Assembly: GCF_018977255.1 (NCBI RefSeq)
Contig: NW_024704742.1
Span: 59,522,001 to 59,586,000, forward strand
Direction: 5' to 3'
Origin: Callorhinchus milii
Lineage: Eukaryota
DNA: 64,000 nucleotides
A program made the translations under genes and the position numbers. Within the stretch, counting starts at the first letter, position 1, and each line of letters starts with the position of its first letter. This document shows, in pieces, positions 53,812 to 64,000 of the stretch. The notes below the pieces were generated by a model, which searched no databases, was not told where the DNA came from, and worked only from the letters and a program-made list of their open reading frames with translations.

Positions 53812-54155
53812 TCAAGTACCACGTCAGGACTTGGAAGTCCTACAGTCTACGCTCACACTCCAATGTAGTGCTTGTTAGAGGTGCAATTCTTCGAATGAGA
53901 TGTTAAACCGAGGTCCCACTTGCCTGTTCAGGTGGACATTAAAGATCTCACAGCATTTCTCAAAAAGAGTAGGGAGTTTCTGGTTAGGAATTCCTTGGAT
54001 AAAATTGGTCAGTTACTTCATGACTGTTTGTCGGACATTGCGTACAGAAATTGGCTGCCATATTCACCTACAAAATACTGTTACTACACTTTACAGTAAT
54101 TCCTGTGAGTGTTTTGAGACGCCCTTCTGATTGAAAGGTTCTGTATCAAACACAA
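53812..54155 (+). mobile_element. Deu-domain SINE
   Basis: gaatgagatgttaaaccgaggtccc...gcctgttcaggtggacattaaagatc...tgactgtttgtcggacattg...aaattggctgcc. Confidence 0.78.
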
Positions 54156-54788
54156 TGAAAATAATGATGAAAATAAAATTCTGAAATAACAATATTTAAT
54201 TCACCATGCAAATAAGAGGAAATAAATAAGGACAGGGTAACTCACGTTTGCTTCCTGGAATAGATCCAAGGTCCACAGAGCTGTCTTTGATTTGAATGAC
54301 TGTTGAAAGATCAAAACATTGTAGCTGTTAGCTGTGAAAAGGATTGTAAAAAATTTGCCAAACTGCAAATATTGCCTCATCTGCGGTAATGATTTCCATT
54401 ATTTTTCAAGCTTTCGCACTCCCATTCCAACTCATGTCTTTGCAGGAAATTGAATGATAATAGACCACAGTGAAAAAAATGCTCTGTGCAGCCTGTCCAC
54501 ACATGTACTGAGAGAAGCAAAACAATACAAGGTGAGCCTCAAAGCTAACATGAAGCAGCTGGTAATTGCAATATATATTTAACAGGTCTTTTTTGCAAAA
54601 GAAATAAAGAATTAATAAGGAAAATAAAAGCTTACATTGGATCACTACAAGTCCTGGACATTTTACATTTTCTCTCTGATCATTATTTTGGAAGCACAAT
54701 TAATGTGCTGCTCATCATACTGTGACATAAATAATATAATAAATAATCTTCAGCCTAAAGCAGTTCAGCACTGCTCCATATTTACAAT

Positions 54789-54868
54789 ATTTCAATATTA
54801 GTATACACACTAAAATTTTTATCAGGAAATCCTGATAAAGATTTTGGTGTGTATACTAATACTGAAAT
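54789..54868. repeat. 80-bp near-perfect palindrome (39-bp arms, 36/39 matched)
   Basis: atttcaatattagtatacacactaaaatttttatcagga-aa-tcctgataaagattttggtgtgtatactaatactgaaat. Confidence 0.92.
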
Positions 54869-54969
54869 TTTAGAATGGTAATGATTGTGACACTGAAGCT
54901 GGTGATGCTGACACTCAAAGTTATGGGGGAAAACCTAGGGTCAAATATTCCACCTAGTCTTAGCCTGTC

Positions 54970-55150
54970 AGATCATTTTGAATTACATTTAAGATTGTGT
55001 AGAATTGTAGAAAATTCGTAAATTCAACCTAAATTTGGAATCCAGGTTTCAGCAATACTTAAAAAGAGCCTGTTTTCAAATTAAAACTGAATTGATAAAT
55101 TTTCCACACTTCTGCAGGATCTTAAATCTTAGAACAAAATGTGCTAGGAA
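54970..55150. mobile_element. Old palindromic MITE-like element (copy 3)
   Basis: atttaagattgtgtagaattgtagaaaatt is an imperfect inverted match to aattttccacacttctgcaggatcttaaat. Confidence 0.55.
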
Positions 55151-55439
55151 TCCATTTTGGTAGGATTTGTGGCTAATAATCCCCTACATTGTTGGGATCG
55201 GCCTGTTTACATTCTATACAGTCAATGTAGATATATAGACAATCCTTGCCCTAATCTTAACATTTGTGTTTTCTGAAGCCATTTGTGGGATGTACCCTTG
55301 TGTAAATGAGAGACTTGCAGAACTGAGTATATCCTTGGGAGTATGCAATTAATTGGTTATGAATTATATAATTAAAGTTAAACATTTCCTTTTTACATGT
55401 TTACACAATGTTAGCACAATCTGCAAATTAGACCTCAAA

Positions 55440-55790
55440 GACAATCTGAAGTATGATTCCGAGGATGCTGACAGTTCTCCAAACCTCACATAATATTGGC
55501 ATCTTTCATTGTTTGAACCTAGGCGATGAGTATTCATGGGCTGTTTGATTCTGGGAACCCTAACAGCTGAGCCCATTCCTGTCCTTATTTCACATCCTTA
55601 CAGGTGCAATCCAACATTGTCACTAGCAGTGATCAGGAGCAGGAACCTGATCAATATTCTTCTCTCGCGGACAGGAACACTAGACTAATTGGATTTTGTC
55701 CCTGAGTAAAACTGACAGACTTAATGAAACCTATAGCCTTGTCTGTATATGTTAATATCAAACTATATGATGCATTTATCTAACCCAGAT
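55440..55790 (-). mobile_element. Ancient vertebrate SINE, AmnSINE2-like
   Basis: Reverse complement contains ggttcctgctcctgatcactgctagtgac, aaggacaggaatgggctcagctg and actcatcgcctaggttcaaacaatgaaagatgcc, resembling my recollection of the AmnSINE2 consensus; related fragments near 32960-33125 and 58080-58210. Confidence 0.55.
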
Positions 55791-55807
55791 CACAGTTTTA
55801 TGCTATT

Positions 55808-56130
55808 TGGGGGGAGTTAAGTGCGGACTATCCTTGGAGCTAAACTGGCCCCATGTGACATGTCTGGCAATAGAATATTCGAATCGAGTCAGTCCTCTGT
55901 GGCGGTCTCGGTAGTCTGGATCCTGAGCAAAGTGGGCCGCAGTATTCCAGGGCACTGTTGCTGACAGCACAGCTAACTTGTCTCATCAGCATGACTTGGA
56001 AGGATAGACCAGTCACTGGGGTTTGGGAATCCTCCCAGATATTTTGTGTTAGCCCTGCAAGTCAAAATCCTTACAGGTAAGGTAGTCCTAGCTGGACAAG
56101 CAGCAGGAAAGCTTGCCAGACAGTAACCAA
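55808..56130 (+). mobile_element. Unclassified SINE-like family, 5' half
   Basis: ggggagttaag...ccttggagctaaactgg...gaatcgagtcagtcctctgtggcggtctcggtagtctgg...gaaagcttgccagacag; reverse-complement match to 35040-35345. Confidence 0.78.
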
Positions 56131-56550
56131 TGATGTAAAATTTCCATTTTTTTTATTTAGAATATTTTAGATATGGGTGTATAATTTGCAATATTCCTAG
56201 TATAATCTTTATGTTAATTTAGATAAAAGTGATATTAAGGAATGTCACAGATTTGTTGCTTAAATAGTTGGCATTGGCATAAAAATCTATGTAATGAGGA
56301 CGTTGCCCAAAACATTTTGAGACGTCGTCCTGAGGTGAAAGCAGATAAAGAGAAATGAAGCATTGTTGTTGATGTTGCTATTCTTGATACTTGCCCCACA
56401 CATTAGATGTGGCAGGCCGCCCAAAAAAACTGACTATGAAAAATAATGATAATAATTCTTGTATTTAATATAGGACTTTATCGCTTTGACAAAACGTGTT
56501 TCATAGGATTTACTGTATATATACAGTATATGTATAAAAATATCTTTTAT

Positions 56551-56670
56551 CAAAGATATACACAGTTCTGCAAGTCTCGCATTTACATTGTATATACACA
56601 TATACATATATGTATACATATGTGTATATACAATGTAAATGCGAGACTTGCAGAACTGTGTATATCTTTG
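56551..56670. repeat. Perfect palindrome, 53-bp arms with 14-nt spacer
   Basis: 56551-56603 is the exact reverse complement of 56618-56670. Confidence 0.97.
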
Positions 56671-57002
56671 GGACTATGCCATTATGAACTAATGCATAAT
56701 TACATAATTAAAGGCAAACATTTCCTTTTTACATGTTTACACAATGTTAGCACAATCTGCAAATTAAACCTCAAAGACTAGCTGAAGTATGATTCCGAGG
56801 ATGCTGACAGTTCTCCAAACCTCACATAATATTGGCATCTTTCAATATTTGAACCTAGGCGATGAGTATTCATGGGCTGTTTGATTCTGGGAACCTTAAC
56901 AGCTGAGCCCATTCCTGTCCTTATTTCACATCCTTACAGGTGCAATCCAACATTGTCACTAGCAGTGATCAGGAGCAAGAACCTGATCAATATTCTCCTC
57001 TC
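56634..57002 (+). repeat. Direct duplicate of 55301-55666
   Basis: Long identical runs, e.g. aaacatttcctttttacatgtttacacaatgttagcacaatctgcaaatta and ctgaagtatgattccgaggatgctgacagttctccaaacctcacataatattggcatctttca. Confidence 0.95.
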
Positions 57003-57071
57003 ATATGTGTACATATATGTATATATAGTACATATATACTAAAACAGGCATAACCAGGAAAACAAGAGGAT

Positions 57072-57155
57072 CTGGAACATTTAGTGTAAACAGGGAGTCA
57101 GTGATTAGTGGACTGGAACATTTAGTCTAAACACGGAGTCAGTGATTGATGGACT
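57072..57155. repeat. Two-unit ~41-bp tandem duplication
   Basis: ctggaacatttagt(g/c)taaaca(g/c)ggagtcagtgatt..tgga occurs twice. Confidence 0.85.
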
Positions 57156-57204
57156 TGCATGCTACTTTCTCTAACTCAGTAAACTACACTTCACTTAAAA
57201 CAAT

Positions 57205-57769
57205 AAGCTGCAGGTCATTCAGAACTCTACAGCTCGTGTGCTGTCCCGCACCAGGCTTCGTGACCACATCACTCCCACCCTCGCTCGCCTCCACTGGCTC
57301 CCCATCCCCCAGAGGATCGAATTCAAGATCCTTATCCTCACCTACAAGGCCATTCATGGCCTTGCTCCCTCCTACCTCTCTAACCTACTATCCCCCTACC
57401 TACCTGCCCGTACCCTCCGTTCCTCTGGCTCTGGTCTGCTCCACATCCCTCGCCCCAACCGCCCTACCATCGGTGGCCGGGCCTTTAGCCTCTCAGCCCT
57501 GAGGCTCTGGAACTCCATCCCCCAGTGCCTTCGCCTTGACTCCTCCCTTTCCTCCTTCAAGGCCGGTCTCAAGACCTTTCTCTTTGACCGTGCCTTCAGC
57601 TCCCCACTCGACTCTCTACCCCCTCCTCGCTCCCTCCCTTCCCTCCCCTCACCCTGACCATGTCCCCCCTGCTCGGGTCCTGACCCAACTGTACAGCGCC
57701 TTGGGACGTCCTCCTGACGTGAAAGGCGCTCTATAAATGGAATCTTGTTGTTGTTGTTGTTGTTGTTGT
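57205..57769 (+). mobile_element. Young-looking L2 3' fragment with uninterrupted ORF2 C-terminus
   Basis: Open frame to the stop at 57657 (HITPTLARLHWLPIPQRIEFKILILTYKAIHGLAPSYL...LWNSIP...FKAGLKTFLFDRAF); CpG-rich tail gcgccttgggacgtcctcctgacgtgaaaggcgc and a clean (TTG)n run. Confidence 0.95.
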
Positions 57770-58879
57770 ATCAGCCTATGTCTCCACGTATTGCAGTCAG
57801 GATCTCTCTGTCAATGTTTACACTCATTATATGGAGTAAGAACCAGCATTCCCATGACCTGGGTCAAGAAACTGACTTGAAAGTTGGCTTCCCATTTGTC
57901 TTTTTAACTGAATAATTCACAAAATTCTCATCTTTCTTTTGTAGAAATTTCTTCATTATTAATTCACTTATCTGTCTATTTGCATAACTAAACACATTAT
58001 TTATGTCTAGCAATTGCATCAATTGTGCTGCAATTAATCAGAATTCTTGAACCCCTGTTGAAAAGAATGCCTGTGTCTAAGCAGCTGAGGAAAGGAAAGG
58101 ATTGTACTTAGCTATCATGTCCCTGTGGTCAAATATATTGCCAACACTCATTATCAAGGCTCCCTCAAAAAGAATGGCACTTGAATGAGGTACTGGAAAA
58201 TGTCCAGCAATCTTATAAATTAGGAAAAATAATCAAAATAACTTTAGGAGAGGAAGACCGGAGAACTACAGAGATATAGAACATCCTTTCATGGTACTTT
58301 TTTGTCTGATGCATTCAAGACATTATCCTATTTTTTCTATATTGAATAGGGATTAGTGACACCCTTGTTTTTGAAGTTTATTCTGCTGCAGCTAAAAAGG
58401 ACTAGGCAAGTGCTTGTGGAAACTTTCCTCTAGAGTACAATGAAGACGTACTTTGTGGACTTAGAAAATCAGAAACAAAATTTTACGGTGAGTAAAATAC
58501 ATTTGTGCGAGCAAACTACTAAATTAAAGACAAATTGGAAAGCAAGAAGAACAGTTAAAGGCAGACTCGGTTAAACTGTTCACCTGCCAATTGCCTGAAA
58601 TATTTACTACGAGTCCTTTCAAATAGGAGTTATTTTGCCTTCAGGTTCATTTATGCATATATATTTGAATATTTAGAATGAACACAAATATTTGTGAAAT
58701 TCAATTAGAAACAAGGGCTCAGAATTTGATCCACATATATAAGAGGCTCCTGTATGTTCAACTAAAAGCTATCTAGTATATGGATATCTGTAGCTTTTAG
58801 ACTTGTTTCTTGAGGCTAACTATGATAAACTTTCAGAAAAAAATTCCATGTAACTATTTAATATCTGCTCATTGTTGCG

Positions 58880-59995
58880 TCTAACTGGCTCCAAGGTGAC
58901 AAGCCTGGCAATGGAATGTCAGAATTGAGCCAGGCTTCTGTGGTGGTCTCGGTAGTTGGCTTCCTGAGGCAGCTCGGTCCAAGGTGCTGCTGATGACTTG
59001 GAAGGGCAGACCAGTCACTGGGAGCAGGAAGTCATCCCTCTCAGATCCTGTTATCAAGTCCTGGATGAGAGCTAACTTTCTACAACTGAATGTCAGCAAG
59101 ACTAAGGCCCTCCTGATTGGCTCATGCCAGCATTTCAGCACCTCAGGCACTCGCAGCAATAGCATCCACGGTTGCACACTCTACTTCACCAAGCCAGTCA
59201 GGAAACTGGGTGTCTTGTTCAACCTTCAACTCTCCTTTTTCTCCCATATCCATGCCATGCTCTGCTTTGCCCCACCTCCATAACATTGCCCAACTCCATC
59301 ACTGCCTCACCCCTCAGATCACCAAAGCCCTCATACATGCATTCATCACCTCAAGGCTCGACTACGGAAACTTCCTTCTTGTCGTCCTCCCAAGTCTTCC
59401 CTCCACAAGCTGCAGATCATCCAGAACTCTGTAGCTCGTGTCCTCTCCGGCATCAGGCTCTGTGACCCCATCACTCCCACCTGCGCCTGACTCCACTGGC
59501 TCCCCATCCCTCAGAGGATAGAATTCAAAATCCTGGTCCTCACTTTCAAGGCCCTCCATGGCCTTGCCCCGTCCTACTTATCTGACCTGCTGACCCCTTA
59601 TCAACCTGTCCATTCCCTCTGCTCAGCAGGCTCTGACCTGCTGCATGTCTCCCATTCGACCCGCCCTAAAATCGTTGGCCAGGTTCTCAGCCTCTCTGTT
59701 CCCATTCTTTGGAACTCCATCCCACAGACCCTTCGCCTTGCTCCCTCTCTTGCCTTCTTCAAAGCACGACTCAAGACCCTCCTTTTTGACTGCGCCTACA
59801 GCCGCCCTCCTACCCCGTCTGCCCTCCCTCATCCCAACCCTGCCTCCCCGTGCTCGGGACATGATCCCCAACTGTTCAGTGCCTTGGGACGTCTTCCCGA
59901 TGCAAAAGGCACTTTACAAATGTAATTTTGTAACAGGTAAGGAGCTGCTAGCTGGAGAAGTAGCGGGAAAGCTTGCTGAACAGCAATATCTGTGA
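58880..59995 (+). mobile_element. Unclassified SINE-like family copy split by an L2 insertion (58880-59044 and 59931-59995)
   Basis: Left part matches 55835-56035; right part taacaggtaaggagctgctagctggagaagtagcgggaaagcttgc matches 56070-56120. Confidence 0.75.
59053..59930 (+). mobile_element. 5'-truncated L2 LINE
   Basis: IKSWMRANFLQLNVSKTK, VRKLGVLF, LIHAFITSRLDYGN; tail gccttgggacgtcttcccgatgcaaaaggcactttacaaatgtaattttg. Confidence 0.93.
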
Positions 59996-60645
59996 AGAGC
60001 TTTGAGATATCCTCTTGAGGTGAAATGCGTTTTATCAACTGCAGGGATTACATTTTATTTAAATATTAATATATAGTCAACTTCTTCTTGCGCTCCCCCA
60101 CCCCCCGCCCCTCGCCATACAACACGTCATTGTAAAGCACTCTGAGATGTTATTCTATGTGAAGGGCACTGTGTAAATCGAAATTGTTCAGTGACAAAGC
60201 TTCAAAGGATCTTGCACACTGGATCGGTCCTCTAACACAGTTTCAACCAAATTTTAATACAATTTATGTGTAAACCTCTACATGAAATGACAACTGATGT
60301 AGCCCAAAATCATCTAACAGTATTATAATCTTGTTATACCTTTTATTTTTAGTTGTGAAACCCTGTCACAACTAATCTTTTACACCTCAACTTGAATTCA
60401 TTAATTATACATAGGATCATGGGCATCGAAAATCCTGCTGGTGACCTTACTTGAGTCATTTAGATGTGCAGGGCTGCAGTGTTAATGAAACGCACACCTC
60501 TAGGCTAACGTAAGATTGTGGCACTCCACAATTCATTCAAAATATAATGATGCAGTGCAGAAACAATCATATCTACTAAATTACAAGCATTATGTTTTGT
60601 TGCATATGCATGAGCTAATCATTTTCACTTGAAAGACTCTGATAC

Positions 60646-60966
60646 ATAATAATAATAATCATCCTTGCATTTGATATAGCGCTTTTCACGTCGGGCGGAC
60701 GTCCCAAAGCGCTTCACAGAACACACTGTAAAGTGAATTGACTGTATATTTGTGGGCGAACGCGGCAGCCAAATGTGCACAGCAATGTCCCACAAACAGT
60801 CGTAGATTGAAAATGACCAATTTATTATTATTTTTGGTTTTGGAGGGATTATTATTAGGTGTTTGTAGTAAGGAAACTTGCCCAAGGTTTCGCCCTGTGC
60901 CTGGAATTGAACTCGGGTCTCTCGCTTGCAAAGCGAGTGCTCTAACCACTGAGCTACAGGACTCCA
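60646..60966 (-). mobile_element. Full-length tRNA-Ala-like-headed SINE, low divergence
   Basis: Reverse complement: GGAGTCCTG TAGCTCAGTGG TTAGAGCA CTCGC-TTTGCAA-GCGAG AGACCCGA GTTCAATTC; loop centre TGC; L2-type tail with CpGs retained. Confidence 0.93.
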
Positions 60967-61464
60967 CGAATGTACAAATGTACATATACATTTACAACAA
61001 CAAAAACAACAAAACTACATTTGTAAAGTGCCTTTTACATCAGGAGGATGTCCCAACGTGGGGATGAGGACCCAATTGTATTGTATTCAATACAAAATTA
61101 CATTTGTATAGCGCCTTTCACATCGGGAGGATGTCCCAAGGCACTGGGATATCCTCCTGGCATCCTCCCGTGTATATCTTCAAGAATATATATATTCTTG
61201 ACGAGTACATCAGGTACTCTATTCCTTCTCAAGTTCTGCTAAAATATTCCAGATAGGGATGAGGTTGTGATGTTTATCCAACAACTCATGAATCATACAT
61301 GAGGTGTGGGTAATGCTTTTTTCCTGTGAATGTGTGATGGAGCAATAATTTTTCCAAAGGACCCCTGAAATATGTTGGGATTTTATACTTTTGACTAACT
61401 ACCCGTTGATGCATTCAAACATCTGTTATCTGTCACACTGGATCAACACTTATATGGTATCAAA

Positions 61465-61958
61465 AGACAAGACAAGACCAGCCAGCCTCGTCCATTGGCA
61501 GGATTTGGAGGGGCAGACTAGTCATGCAAGCCACAGGCCTAATGGGTAGGTATGCCCAAGGTGAGCAAACAGCAGAACGCTTGCCAGATTATGCTTTCAA
61601 TGGAAGCTATGTGATTTTAGTTGGTTAAACTCTAGCAGAGCTTAACCGTCTAAAATTCTGTGTTCCCCAAGCCTTGGCTTTTACCAACCCTTGCATTCAA
61701 GTGCTCTGGGATGTTACCCTGCATGAGGGGCGCTGTACAAATGCAAGTTGTTGTAGTAGTCTCTAGAATTAGGTAAGCAATGTGCACCCCTCCGGGAAGA
61801 AAGTGCACATTCTATTCCAGGCACAAAGAATTTTCCATGTGGAGGTGGCAAACATATATGGAAATCTAAGTTTGGTTTGCATACTTTTAAACATCAACAC
61901 TTTTAAGTACGGTGATGGATTTCCGCATGTATCAGATACACAGCTGAACCCCAAAAAA
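61465..61958 (+). mobile_element. Unclassified SINE-like family copy with a short L2 tail inserted at ~61701-61760
   Basis: cagccagcctcgtccattggcaggatttggagggg...gcttgccag...agaattaggtaagca...gatggatttccgcatgtatcagatacacagctgaaccccaaaaaa. Confidence 0.75.
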
Positions 61959-62498
61959 TGCAATACTTCAGTGGCACAGGCATGATGGGCCAAATGGACC
62001 CCTGCTATACTAAATATTTATATGTACCTATTTGATACGACATCCTTTCTTTTTATAAATCAGCTGGGAAAAGTGTGACTATTGGTTTTGAGTGGGCCCA
62101 CTGACTGCTGTGGGGCAGGAAGAGAAATGACACCGAATAGAGCATTGAGGACAGAAAGACTTGCCTCAGTACACTCCCATGTCTTGTCAGGTGTGTCTTT
62201 TTTGTGAATATAATTTCAGTGAATGAAAAGATTGAATTAAACTACAGTACTAATTGGCACAGACATGATGGGCTGAATAGCTTCCTTGTGTGCTGAATAA
62301 TTCAATGATACTATTACAGAGAAACATTCGGATACAATTATATTTTCCAAAATGTATATTTTTCAAAGTGCATCTTAAAGTTTGAGTCATACGATCTGCG
62401 AGAAAGAACCTTTACTGAAATACCATCTATTTGAGAAAAGTTATCTTTATAAAATTAAACTGTGCTTGCTCTCCTGACATTCATTGCATCTGACATTC

Positions 62499-62532
62499 TT
62501 TGCCCTCTGCTGGACGTGAAGGTGCACTACAG
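62499..62532 (-). promoter_or_regulatory. Candidate CTCF site with upstream motif
   Basis: Minus strand cTGTAGTgcaccttcacgt-CCAGCAGAGGGCAa: core fits CCASYAGRKGGC, with a TGYAGT motif 12 nt upstream; lies in unique sequence. Confidence 0.55.
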
Positions 62533-63804
62533 TTGATTACAACCAGATTTTTCAAGTGAGATCAGGCTTAATGCTAAACAAAATCAATTTGTAACCAACA
62601 AACGCTGAACATATTTTTAAACTGTCACATTTACTATCAAACAGTCCCGAATGTTATCCCATTTCATAATAGAAGTCACAATTTCAGTTGTGCTGAAACA
62701 CAAGGGCAACTTTCACTTTTAACTCATTCCGGATTGCAACTAACAAACATTGAAGCTGCCATTGTAATTGTGAAGGGTTATTCTCGTTAATACCAGAGGT
62801 GATTAACAAATATCACCCTAATAGAGTAAATCCAGTAAAATAATTTATTGTTACTGTGCCATTGTTCAATTATTTAGGTGATAAAGCAAGTCCACTGAAA
62901 TAATTTTTCTTTCTAAAGTACGTTGAAATGTACCAAAATAGTTTAATAATAATAATAATTTATGTTTTTAACCAAATTAAAGAGTTAAAAGCAAGAGCAA
63001 GTGAATGTAGGATAGAGGTCCAGAGGTTGGGGGTATTAAAAAAAAGTGTAGTATCCACTCAAGGGTAAATTGACCCATTGAGAAAGTGTTTGTTTTCTAG
63101 TCCGGGATAAATGTTGTGCCCTGCAGCATGTTGCCAGTAGTTATTTGCTTATTCCAATTTGCCTTTGTAAATAAAACCAGGAATTTGTTTAGTCTGAAAA
63201 CTGATGGTCCGTGTTGCAATGATCACCTTTGCTGAGAGATTTTGGTCCCTGTGCGACATAAACAGTTCTGGTAGCAAATTATTACCTGCAGGGCAACTGC
63301 TAGACATTGTGTCACAAGAATTGATGGGGTAGAATAATGAAAGAGATATATTCTGTTTCATAAGCGACAAAAGAAATAGAGAATCCACTTATGGAAACTG
63401 CCATTGAACTGTATAAGTGAGATAGGTTCACAATCAAAATGAAACGACCACAGGAACCATTAACTCTGTTTATTTAGCAACAAGCAAATAGTATTCCAGG
63501 ATCAACAGTACTGGACATTATTATTCCATATTTTAATCTATCAAGTTGCAGCTATACTTCAGAGACACTCAAATCTCCATTAAAGAGTTGGATGATAATA
63601 GATTTTAATCTTTGACACTCGTGTGCTGTCAGCCTGTCAGCACTAATGATGCCACATTTGAACAGTGTGGCTATACCAATTTTCTAAAAAAATCCTCAAA
63701 TTAATAATGTGAATCTAGGGTTGAGATTCCACAAGAGGTTTTTATTCTTAATTATTTGAAAGGGAATGGGTGATATGTGCATAACTCTCAATACATAGAT
63801 GGGA

Positions 63805-63975
63805 CTCATAATCCAGGTTGACACTTCAATACAGTACTGACACAGAGTAGAGCATTGATGGAGGTACCAGTGTTTCATCTGCCTGTACTGGCACTGCAGG
63901 TAGGCATTAAGAAGATGGCATGGCACTATTTTAAAGACGATTTTCTCTCAGTGCGCATATTCCTCCCTAATCCCA
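63805..63975 (+). mobile_element. Degenerate Deu-domain SINE fragment
   Basis: cataatccaggttgacacttcaatacagtactga...tgcaggtaggcattaagaagatggcatggcactattttaaag. Confidence 0.55.
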
Positions 63976-64000
63976 GTGCTCGTATTCTTCCAATCCCCAG

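Noticed and set aside
60890..60966. tRNA-Ala gene
   Set aside because: The tRNA-like head runs directly into SINE body and tail, and many homologous copies occur in the window.

Overview
AT-rich, repeat-dense vertebrate genomic DNA that looks intronic or intergenic. The repeat set (C/T-rich L2 LINEs with (TTG)n tails, tRNA-headed SINEs ending in an L2-type tail plus (TTA)n, Deu-domain SINEs, CR1 3' ends, a palindromic Penelope-type insert) fits a cartilaginous fish, probably a chimaera or elephant-shark relative; this is inference, not a database result. No host protein-coding gene could be identified: every ORF with recognisable homology is a decayed L2 or CR1 ORF2 fragment. Most notable structure: (1) a palindromic Penelope-like insert carrying two hammerhead-ribozyme cores, placed with a 14-bp TSD just before the YADD codons of an L2 RT; (2) an unclassified ~560-bp SINE-like family with about 8 copies; (3) a perfect 53-bp-arm palindrome at the breakpoint of a ~370-bp local duplication; (4) a near-identical 429-bp tandem duplication; (5) a candidate 13-nt minus-strand microexon; (6) a probable solo LTR, an old palindromic MITE-like family, isolated hairpins and a bipartite CTCF-like site. 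I found no convincing novel multi-gene system. Repeat boundaries are approximate unless a TSD or exact junction is quoted.
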